A stretch of DNA of 20,309 nucleotides from a bacterium (GTDB taxonomy: Bacteria > Methylomirabilota > Methylomirabilia > CAVQYV01): the NCBI GenBank assembly GCA_043800755.1, contig JAZDMQ010000131.1, positions 1-20,309 of the forward strand, in the 5' to 3' direction. The notes under the pieces were generated by a model, which had not been told where the DNA came from, made no database searches, and worked only from the letters and a program-made list of their open reading frames with translations. Shown here in pieces: positions 1 through 7,573 of the stretch (the first letter of the stretch is position 1; each line of letters opens with the position of its first letter). A program made the translations under genes and the position numbers.

Positions 1-739
1 CGTCTCGCCTGCTGATGTGCACGATGTCTTCGTGACCCACATCCACTTGGATCACGCTGGCGCGGCCGGATGGTGGGCGCAGCAGGGCGCAAGGATCCAT
101 GTCCACCACGTCGGTGCGCCACACCTGATCGATCCTTCCAAGCTGCTGACCAGTGCCCAGCGCATCTACGGCGCCATGATGGATCGGCTGTGGGGGGAGA
201 TCCTCCCGGCTGAGGCTGAGCGCGTTCATCCCCTGCAGGATGGCGATCTGATCCAAGCGGGCGGCCTGACCTTCGTGGCCCTGGACACGCCGGGCCATGC
301 CCGGCACCACATGGTCTATCACCTCGGCGACTTCGCCTTCACCGGCGACGCGGCCGGGATCCGGCTGCCCGGGCGGGCGTACATCCAGGTGCCCGCGGTC
401 CCGCCCGAGTTTGATCCAGAGGCATGGCAGGAAAGCATCGCGCGCATGCGCGCCGAGAGACTTTCCCGGCTTTACCTGACCCATTTTGGCCCGGTGGATG
501 AGGTGGACGCACACCTGTCCACCTTAGCAAACCTGCTCTCCGAATTCGCGGAAAAGGTGCGGCAGGAGATGGCCCGGGGGGCGAGCCGCGAGGAGATCAT
601 CCGGCATCTAAAGGGATGGGGAGCGAGCCGCCAAACCGCAGAGGATGCTGTCCCTCAAGGGCAGATTAGCCAGACTGGCTTCGGCTCCGTGGACACCTAT
701 GTGGATGGGGCAATGCGCTACTGGAGCAAGCGCCTTTGA
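1..739 (+). CDS. MBL-fold metallo-hydrolase, 5' end outside the window
   Basis: Has THIHLDHAG (HxHxDH), TPGHARHH, FTGDAAG and LTHFG. The frame is open back to position 2 (VSPADV...), so the GTG at 17 is probably internal. Confidence 0.9.
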   Translation, partial: VSPADVHDVFVTHIHLDHAGAAGWWAQQGARIHVHHVGAPHLIDPSKLLTSAQRIYGAMMDRLWGEILPAEAERVHPLQDGDLIQAGGLTFVALDTPGHARHHMVYHLGDFAFTGDAAGIRLPGRAYIQVPAVPPEFDPEAWQESIARMRAERLSRLYLTHFGPVDEVDAHLSTLANLLSEFAEKVRQEMARGASREEIIRHLKGWGASRQTAEDAVPQGQISQTGFGSVDTYVDGAMRYWSKRL

Positions 740-786
740 TCCCAAATCGCTAATCATGGGGGATATTTTGGGAGAAGTGGTGAATC

Positions 787-2118
787 ATGGCCTTCATCCG
801 ACCCTTTAGGGGGCTTCGCTACAATCCGCAGAAGATCTCGGATCTGGCCTCGGTCATGTCCCTGCCCTATGATGTCCTGTCATCTCAGGACCGGGAAGAG
901 CTGTACCAGGCCAATCCCTACAATATCGTGCGTCTGATCTGGGGAAAGGAGCTTCCTGGGGATGACGAAAAGGAGAACAAATACCTGCGGGCGGCCCGTC
1001 TCCTTCAGGAGTGGGAGGGGAAAGGTGTCTTGATCAGGGAGGAGAGCGAGGCCTTCTATCTCTACGCCCAGGATTTTTCCCTGGCGGGCGGGGAGGAGAG
1101 ATCCCGACGGGGGATCATCGCCCGGGTCAGGCTGGAGGATCTGAATTCCGATACGATCTTGAGGCATGAATCGACCTTCCCCGTTCCCAAGGCGGATCGT
1201 CTCAATCTGCTCAGGACCACTCAGGCCAATCTGGATCCTATCTTCACCCTCTATGAAGGAGGCCCTGGCCGCGGGCCAAGAGCTATCATGGATGAAGGGA
1301 TGAGGAAACCTCCCCTCTTTGATTTCCGGGATCGAGAGGGAGTGAGGCACCGCCTCTGGGCCATGAAGGAGCCCAGCGACCATGCAGCGATCGTGAGGGA
1401 GATGGCGGAGCAGCCCCTCCTGTTCATCGCGGACGGTCACCATCGCTACGAAGCATCCCTCCTCTATCGGCAGGAGAGGATGGAGAGGGAGGGGGGATCG
1501 TCCAAAGAGGATTCTGGATGCCATTACACCATGATGGTGCTGGTGGCCATGGAGGACCCCGGGCTGGTCATCTTGCCCGTCCATCGCCTGATCGGCGGAA
1601 TCGAGGGATGGGATCTGAAAGGATTCCTGAAAAAGGCAAAAGAGTTCTTCTTGGTGGAGGAGGCGAGGCTTCCGTCAAAAGAAGAAGAGAGGCAGCGATT
1701 CATCAGTGAGCGGCTGGAGAAGGTGAAGGGCCGTACCCACGGCTTTGGGCTCTATGCGGGCGGGGACTCTATTTTCTTTCTCTCCTTGGACGAGGCAAAA
1801 GGGAATCTACTCCAAGAGGAGAGGATTCCCGAGGAAATTCGGAGATTGGATGTTACGATCCTGGATCGGCTGATCTTGGAGGGCCTGTTAGGGCTTCTGT
1901 CCCCAGAGCAAAAAGAGAAGGTGGGCTTTACCCCCGACCTCCAGGAGGCCCTGCACCAGGTCCGAGAGGGAGCCTACGATCTGGCCTTCCTCCTCAAGCC
2001 TACTTCCCTCTCTGAGGTGATGTCGGTCTCTCTGGCCGGAGGTCGGATGCCCCAGAAATCCACCTACTTTCACCCCAAACTTCTCTCCGGGCTGGTGATC
2101 AACCGGTTCGATCCCTGA
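787..2118 (+). CDS. DUF1015 family protein
   Basis: Has N-terminal IRPFRGLRY, PYDV, HEST, IADGHHRY, PVHR and C-terminal MPQKSTYFHPKLLSGL, all typical of DUF1015. Confidence 0.9.
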   Translation: MAFIRPFRGLRYNPQKISDLASVMSLPYDVLSSQDREELYQANPYNIVRLIWGKELPGDDEKENKYLRAARLLQEWEGKGVLIREESEAFYLYAQDFSLAGGEERSRRGIIARVRLEDLNSDTILRHESTFPVPKADRLNLLRTTQANLDPIFTLYEGGPGRGPRAIMDEGMRKPPLFDFRDREGVRHRLWAMKEPSDHAAIVREMAEQPLLFIADGHHRYEASLLYRQERMEREGGSSKEDSGCHYTMMVLVAMEDPGLVILPVHRLIGGIEGWDLKGFLKKAKEFFLVEEARLPSKEEERQRFISERLEKVKGRTHGFGLYAGGDSIFFLSLDEAKGNLLQEERIPEEIRRLDVTILDRLILEGLLGLLSPEQKEKVGFTPDLQEALHQVREGAYDLAFLLKPTSLSEVMSVSLAGGRMPQKSTYFHPKLLSGLVINRFDP

Positions 2119-2137
2119 GAGGAGGAAGGAGGGATTC

Positions 2138-3178
2138 ATGGATCGGCGAGAATTCCTGAAAAAGGCCGCCCTAGCCACCCTGGCGATGAGGAGCAGCCCC
2201 GAACTCTGGACGAAGTTGGCAGAGGCCAAGGAAGGGGCAGAGGAAGGCCACGCCCGGAGCCGGGTGGTAGTGGCCCTTCATCCCCAGGTCACAGATCAGG
2301 GGGGGATGATCGATAGAAAGGTCCTGGACGATCTCCTGCGGGAGGCGGTCCAGGCCTTTGCCGGAAAGGGCGATGAGCGCGATGCCTGGGCCTCTCTGTT
2401 CGATCCCTTTCGTAGCTCGGACATCTTTGGCATCCGGATCAACTGCATCGCCGCCAAATGTCCCTCCCGCCCCGAGCTGGTAGAGGCCATTGCGAAGGCC
2501 CTCAACCGAATGGGCATCGCCCCGGAGCAGATCATCGTCTGGGATCGCACTGGTTGGGAGATGGAAAAGGCCGGATATACCTTGAACAAAGGGAACAAAG
2601 GCGTGCAGTTTTACGGGCTGGATGCCAAAGGGGTGGGTTTCGACGAGAAGGCGACGGTGCAAATCCCCAGCGTCGACCTGACCCTTCCCCTAGGAAGGCT
2701 CCTTTCTTCCATCTGCGACCACATCATTGCCGTTCCGGTCATCAAGGATCATTCTGCCTCCGGGTTCACCTTCAGCCTGAAGAGCGCTTATGCCTACCTT
2801 CCCCTCTCCAAGGCGATTCCGAGGAACGACCAATGGGTAAGGGCGATGCATGCCCACCATTGCGATCCTCAGATCGCGGAGTTGAACACCTGTCCTCTCA
2901 TCCGGAAGAAGAGCCGGGTGGTGATCGGTGATGCCCTGTTGGGACTTTATGACAGGGGACCCATTGCTCCTGCCAATTGGAGGCCGAATCGCCTGATCAT
3001 CGGAAAGGATAGGGTGGCCACCGATACGGTGGCGCTGGGAATCCTGGAGGCAAAGCGGGCTGAGCTCGGGCTGCCTTCCCTCAAGGAGAAGGCCAGCTAC
3101 CTCCACACCGCGGCCCGGCTCGGGATCGGAGAGGAAGACCTCTCCCGGATCGAGAGGGTGGAGTTGAATCTGGGGTAG
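2138..3178 (+). CDS. DUF362 domain protein with Tat signal peptide
   Basis: Has the twin-arginine motif MDRREFLKK, plus VPVIKDH, FTFSLKS, IGDAL and DRVATD. A GGAGG RBS lies upstream. Confidence 0.8.
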   Translation: MDRREFLKKAALATLAMRSSPELWTKLAEAKEGAEEGHARSRVVVALHPQVTDQGGMIDRKVLDDLLREAVQAFAGKGDERDAWASLFDPFRSSDIFGIRINCIAAKCPSRPELVEAIAKALNRMGIAPEQIIVWDRTGWEMEKAGYTLNKGNKGVQFYGLDAKGVGFDEKATVQIPSVDLTLPLGRLLSSICDHIIAVPVIKDHSASGFTFSLKSAYAYLPLSKAIPRNDQWVRAMHAHHCDPQIAELNTCPLIRKKSRVVIGDALLGLYDRGPIAPANWRPNRLIIGKDRVATDTVALGILEAKRAELGLPSLKEKASYLHTAARLGIGEEDLSRIERVELNLG

Positions 3179-3211
3179 ATCAGAGCGAATATTGCGTGAA
3201 AGGGGAATAGA

Positions 3212-4120
3212 ATGGAGAAAAGAGACTTCTTGAGACTTCTGCTGGGCACGGGTGGGGGGCTGTTGCTTTCACCCCTGGGATCCCTTTGGCCCGCAGGGGA
3301 GATCGGGGCGGAGCTGGCCCTCCCTGAGCTGGCTGTGGCCACCGGCCCGATCCCCTCCCGGACGACGAATGCCGCCATCAAGGCCCTGGGAGGGATGAAG
3401 CGCTTCGTCCGAGCCGGCGATGTGGTGGTGGTCAAGCCGAACATCGGCTGGGATCGCAGCCCGGAGCAGGCCGCAGACACCAATCCCGAGGTGGTGGCGA
3501 GCATCGTCACCTTGTGCCTGGAGGCTGGGGCCAAGCGGGTAAAGGTTTTTGACAACCCGGTGAACGATGCGCGGCGCTGCTATACCCGCTCCGGAATCGC
3601 GGAGGCCGCCCGGCGGGCCGGGGCCGAGGTCTTTTATGTGGATGAGGCCAGGTTCAAGGAGGTGAAGATCTCCGGTGAGGCCTTGAAGAGCTGGCCTATC
3701 TATGTTGAGGCGATCGAGGCCGATAAGCTCATCAACCTCCCCATCGCCAAGCACCATGGTCTCTCCCGGCTCACCATGGGCCTGAAGAACTGGATGGGTG
3801 CCATCGGGGGCCGGCGCTCCCTCCTCCACCAGCAGATTGATGCCGCTCTGGCGGACCTGGCCATGGTCTTCAAGCCCCATCTGGTGGTCCTGGATGCCAC
3901 CCGAATCCTGGTGGCAAACGGACCGCAGGGGGGGAGCCTGGCCGATGTGCGGGCCACCAATACCATTGTGGCAGGCCTGGATCAGGTGGCCGTAGACTCC
4001 TATGGGGCGACGCTCTTTGGCCTGAAGGGCCGCGATCTGGGCTATCTGCAGAAGGCCCATGAGCGCGGCCTGGGACAGCTGGATTATAAGCGCCTCCGCA
4101 TGAAAACCCTCAAGGCCTGA
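3212..4120 (+). CDS. DUF362 domain protein with degenerate Tat-like signal (KRDFLR)
   Basis: Has VVVKPNIGWDR, TNPEVV, INLPIAKHH, LTMGLKNWMG, NGPQGG and DQVAVD. Confidence 0.9.
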   Translation: MEKRDFLRLLLGTGGGLLLSPLGSLWPAGEIGAELALPELAVATGPIPSRTTNAAIKALGGMKRFVRAGDVVVVKPNIGWDRSPEQAADTNPEVVASIVTLCLEAGAKRVKVFDNPVNDARRCYTRSGIAEAARRAGAEVFYVDEARFKEVKISGEALKSWPIYVEAIEADKLINLPIAKHHGLSRLTMGLKNWMGAIGGRRSLLHQQIDAALADLAMVFKPHLVVLDATRILVANGPQGGSLADVRATNTIVAGLDQVAVDSYGATLFGLKGRDLGYLQKAHERGLGQLDYKRLRMKTLKA

Positions 4121-4129
4121 GGAGGATGG

Positions 4130-4711
4130 ATGGCGAAGCCGTGGTGGTCGCTTGGACTTCTCATTGTATGCCTGATGGGGACCTTCTCCCCTGCCCCGGC
4201 CGCCCAGGCCACCGAGATCGAGCCGTCAGTTGCGGAGTCGCTCCTCTCCGCAATTCCCAAGGATGGAGAGTTGACGGGTTGGATCCGCGATGGGGCGCCT
4301 ACCCTTTGCTTCGATGAATCGAGCCTCTCCGAAAACATAGACGGAGCGGCGCCTTACTATCTGGAGCGCGGGGCAATTACGGTCCTATTCCAGTACTTTA
4401 TCGGCCCGACGGCGGGGCAGGATGTGAGGATTGAGATCTATCGGATGAGGGATGAGTCCTCCGCTCGCGGCCTTTACGCCGAAATCACGAAGGACAGGCC
4501 TGCCTCGAAGGATGAGGAGATCCAAGAGATCGGCCAGGGTCGGCATCTCGATCAGGCCCTCTTGGGCGTTTACCTCTTGGAATTCTATGAGGGTCTCTTC
4601 TTCATGCGAATCGAAGGAAGAGGAGAGGGCCCTCAGGCCAAGAGGACAGTGATCGAATTCGCCCTCCGGATCTGCCCTTCCCTTAAGGCCCAAGGGCACA
4701 CCGCCCAATGA
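4130..4711 (+). CDS. Secreted hypothetical protein, DUF6599-like
   Basis: Sec-type signal peptide ending AQA. The LSENIDGAAPYYL and EIYRM...ARGLY segments resemble DUF6599. GGAGGA RBS upstream; ATGA overlap with the next gene. Confidence 0.6.
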   Translation: MAKPWWSLGLLIVCLMGTFSPAPAAQATEIEPSVAESLLSAIPKDGELTGWIRDGAPTLCFDESSLSENIDGAAPYYLERGAITVLFQYFIGPTAGQDVRIEIYRMRDESSARGLYAEITKDRPASKDEEIQEIGQGRHLDQALLGVYLLEFYEGLFFMRIEGRGEGPQAKRTVIEFALRICPSLKAQGHTAQ

Positions 4712-6270
4712 GAAACCTCCGGCGCCTCTCTCAGACGCTATTCCTGTTGCTCTTCTTGTTCCTGGTCTTTGCCACCCGTTACGGGGGGACCGACCAGATC
4801 CGCTATCCGGTGAAGGTCTTTCTGGACTTCGACCCCCTGATCCTCCTCTCCACCCTCCTGGCCGCCCACGCCCTGCCCCGGGCCCTGCTCTGGTCCCTCA
4901 CCATCGTGCTGGTGACGGCCCTCTTGGGAAGGGTATTCTGCGGGTGGATCTGCCCCTTGGGCACCCTGCATCAGCTGATGGGCAAGCTCCGTCAGCGGTC
5001 CTCATGGGTCGAGCAGGAGAAGCGACTCTCCCGCTGGCAGCCCCTGAAATACTACCTCCTCATCGCGCTTTTGGCCTCTTCCCTCCTCACTCTGCAGCCG
5101 GTCGGGTTTTTTGATCCCCTCTCCCTGTTGATCCGATCCTTTGCCGTCTTCATCGATCCCCTTCTCAATCTGATAGGACACGGGCTGCTGGGGGCCCTCT
5201 CGCGGACCGGCCTCCCCTTCCTGGAGAGGGCTGCGGACTCCCTGCGCGCCTTGGGCCTGGAGTCCTTTCTTTCCTTTGAGCCGCCCCACTTCCAACAGGC
5301 AGCCATTATCGGCACGGTCTTTTTGGCGATCCTGGCCCTGAACCTGCTGGGGAATCGCCTCTGGTGCGTGGCCCTCTGTCCATTGGGCGCCCTTTTAGGC
5401 CTTCTCTCCCGATTCAGCCTCCCTCGCCTGAAGATTGCCGACCACTGCAATGGCTGCCAGGCCTGCAACCTTCATTGCCAGACCGCCGCCAGCCCCTATC
5501 CGGCGGGCTCCTGGAAGGAGCCAGAGTGCATCTACTGCTGGAATTGCCAGGACCTCTGCCCGGAGGGGGCGGCCCAATTTCAGGTCCTGGGGATGGCCCG
5601 CCCAAAACCCGGTTTGAATTTAGAGAGGAGGATCTTTCTCGGCTCTGCCATCGGGGGCTTCCTCACCGTGCCCCTGCTCCGGGCCGGCCCCTCGGCCATC
5701 CTCCCCTCTCCGCAACTGATCCGGCCCCCCGGGGCCCTGCCCGAGAGGGGCTTTCTCCAGCGCTGCGTCCGCTGTGGGGAGTGCATGAAGGTCTGCCCCA
5801 CGCACGGACTTCAGCCCACCCTGCTGGAGGCAGGATGCGAAGGCTTATGGAGTCCCATCCTCGTTCCTCGCCTGGGATACTGCGAATACTCCTGCACCCT
5901 CTGCGGCCAGGTCTGTCCCACCGGGGCGATTCAGAGGCTCTCCCTGGAGGAGAAGCAAAAGGTTTGCATTGGCCTGGCCTTCCTGGACCGCAATCGGTGC
6001 CTGCCCTACAGCCAGGGCATCCCCTGTATCGTCTGCGAGGAACACTGTCCCACCCCGAAGAAGGCGATCTGGCTGGAGGAGGGATCGGTCAGAGATCGAG
6101 GGGGAGCTGCTAAGAAGCTCAAGCTGCCGAGGGTGGATCTCGATCTCTGCATCGGCTGCGGGATCTGCGAGAGGCGCTGCCCACTCCAGGATATCCCTGC
6201 GATTCGCGTCTCCTGCATCGGAGAGTCGCGCTCCCCGCAGAATCAACTGCTGTTGTCAAAGGGGCCCTGA
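4708..6270 (+). CDS. Membrane polyferredoxin (NapH/MauN-like membrane domain fused to a NapG/MauM-like 4Fe-4S domain)
   Basis: Several hydrophobic helices and two CxxxCP motifs (FCGWICPLG, WCVALCPLG). Multiple ferredoxin-type motifs: CNGCQACNLHC, CIYCWNCQDLCP, CVRCGECMKVCP, CEYSCTLCGQVCP, CIVCEEHCP, CIGCGICERRCP. Also has RPPGA. Confidence 0.9.
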   Translation: MRNLRRLSQTLFLLLFLFLVFATRYGGTDQIRYPVKVFLDFDPLILLSTLLAAHALPRALLWSLTIVLVTALLGRVFCGWICPLGTLHQLMGKLRQRSSWVEQEKRLSRWQPLKYYLLIALLASSLLTLQPVGFFDPLSLLIRSFAVFIDPLLNLIGHGLLGALSRTGLPFLERAADSLRALGLESFLSFEPPHFQQAAIIGTVFLAILALNLLGNRLWCVALCPLGALLGLLSRFSLPRLKIADHCNGCQACNLHCQTAASPYPAGSWKEPECIYCWNCQDLCPEGAAQFQVLGMARPKPGLNLERRIFLGSAIGGFLTVPLLRAGPSAILPSPQLIRPPGALPERGFLQRCVRCGECMKVCPTHGLQPTLLEAGCEGLWSPILVPRLGYCEYSCTLCGQVCPTGAIQRLSLEEKQKVCIGLAFLDRNRCLPYSQGIPCIVCEEHCPTPKKAIWLEEGSVRDRGGAAKKLKLPRVDLDLCIGCGICERRCPLQDIPAIRVSCIGESRSPQNQLLLSKGP

Positions 6271-6355
6271 TCCTCGAAGATTAGGATTGACCCCTGGGAG
6301 AAGACTGTGGTAAGAAACTTGGCTATCAGGATCCGGATGAAAGGAGAAAAGACAA

Positions 6356-6595
6356 ATGGCAACGAAAGCGGCAACCAAGACCAAGAAGGCAGTTGCGAAG
6401 AAGGCTACCCCAGCGAAGAAGGCGACTCCGGCCAAGAAGGCGCTAGCCAAGAAGAAGGTCGGGCTGGGCAGTGTCTATGAATGTAAGGTGTGCGGCTTGG
6501 CCGTGTCGGTGATCGGCCCCTGCGACTGCGTCGAGGTGTGCGACCTGATCTGCTGCGAAGAGGCCATGAAGCCCAAGAGGACCAGGGTCGCTTAG
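6356..6595 (+). CDS. Small protein with Lys/Ala-rich (AKKATP repeat) N-terminus and a desulforedoxin-like Cys-rich C-terminus
   Basis: AAGGAG RBS upstream. N-terminus AKKATPAKKATPAKKALAKKK. C-terminus YECKVCG...CDCVEVCDLICCEEAM matches the desulforedoxin YxCxxCG...LxCC pattern. Confidence 0.75.
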   Translation: MATKAATKTKKAVAKKATPAKKATPAKKALAKKKVGLGSVYECKVCGLAVSVIGPCDCVEVCDLICCEEAMKPKRTRVA

Positions 6596-7134
6596 TCCTG
6601 CGAAGTAGGAGTGGGGCCCGCGAGTTCCCTTTCCTGGCTGATCTCGGCCACTATCAGCCGGGGGCTCAGGATGTCTCTGAGCAACTGCGGGTCGATGAGG
6701 ATCTGGTGTCCCCATCTCCCGGCGCTGATGGAGATCTCCTTCTCCGCCAAGATGATGGAATCCATCACCACCGGAAGGTCGTGCCGCGTGCCCAGGGGGC
6801 TCACCCCTCCGATGAAATAGCCGGTCACCCTGGGGACCTCCTCTCGGGCTGCCAGATCGATGCGTTTCTCTTTCAGGAGGGGGGCCAGGAGCCTCAGGTC
6901 CACCTGCCGATCGCCCGGGCAGAGGGCGAGGAGGAAATCGTCGGCCGGGGTCTTGAGCAGGAGCGTCTTGACCACCTGCCGTAGCGGGATCTCAAGGCAG
7001 CGGGAGACCTCCTCTGCATTCTTCTCCTTCGAGGGAAAGGTGGCCAGGCGAAAGGGGATTCCCCTCTCGGTGAGGATCTTCAGGGCCGGGGTGGAGGAGC
7101 TAACTTTTCCCGATTCCCTCATCTTGCCCGACAT
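6592..7134 (-). CDS. ybaK: YbaK/EbsC family aminoacyl-tRNA deacylase
   Basis: Has QVVKTLL (conserved Lys), TGYFIGGVSPLG and ISAG. The start could instead be the second Met (MRES). Confidence 0.85.
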   Translation of the reverse strand: MSGKMRESGKVSSSTPALKILTERGIPFRLATFPSKEKNAEEVSRCLEIPLRQVVKTLLLKTPADDFLLALCPGDRQVDLRLLAPLLKEKRIDLAAREEVPRVTGYFIGGVSPLGTRHDLPVVMDSIILAEKEISISAGRWGHQILIDPQLLRDILSPRLIVAEISQERELAGPTPTSQD

Positions 7135-7573
7135 GGTCTTTTACTTTGCGATAGGCAATCCCTTGGAAAGAGGCCACCAGAGCCCCTTCCCTGGTGGAGA
7201 TCTCAATGCGATAGGTCCCGGTGCGACGGCTCCGATGCAGCTCGCGGGCCTCTGCGGTCAGAACAGACCCTGCAGGGGGAACGGAGAAGTAGGTCATGTC
7301 GACATGCAGGGCCACCGCGGGGACCCCATGGCTATTGCAGGCGGCGGCAAAGGCGTGATCGGCCAGGGTAAAAATCGCACCTCCGTGTATCGCCCCCATG
7401 AAGTTGGCCATCTCGGGCCGCAGCGCCATCTCCAGCTTAGCCGATCCCTCTCCCAACTCTAAGATGTGAATCCCCAGGGAGCGCGCAAAGGGGTCTCTTT
7501 CCAGTCTCTCGCGCAGGTCCTCCAGACTTGAGCCTTGCGGCCCTCTTCCCACCCCTTCCCTTTCTCTCATCAC
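7100..7573 (-). CDS. PaaI family hot-dog thioesterase
   Basis: Has DPFARSLGI and NFMGAIHGGAIFTLADHAFAAACN. Confidence 0.9.
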   Translation of the reverse strand: MMREREGVGRGPQGSSLEDLRERLERDPFARSLGIHILELGEGSAKLEMALRPEMANFMGAIHGGAIFTLADHAFAAACNSHGVPAVALHVDMTYFSVPPAGSVLTAEARELHRSRRTGTYRIEISTREGALVASFQGIAYRKVKDHVGQDEGIGKS

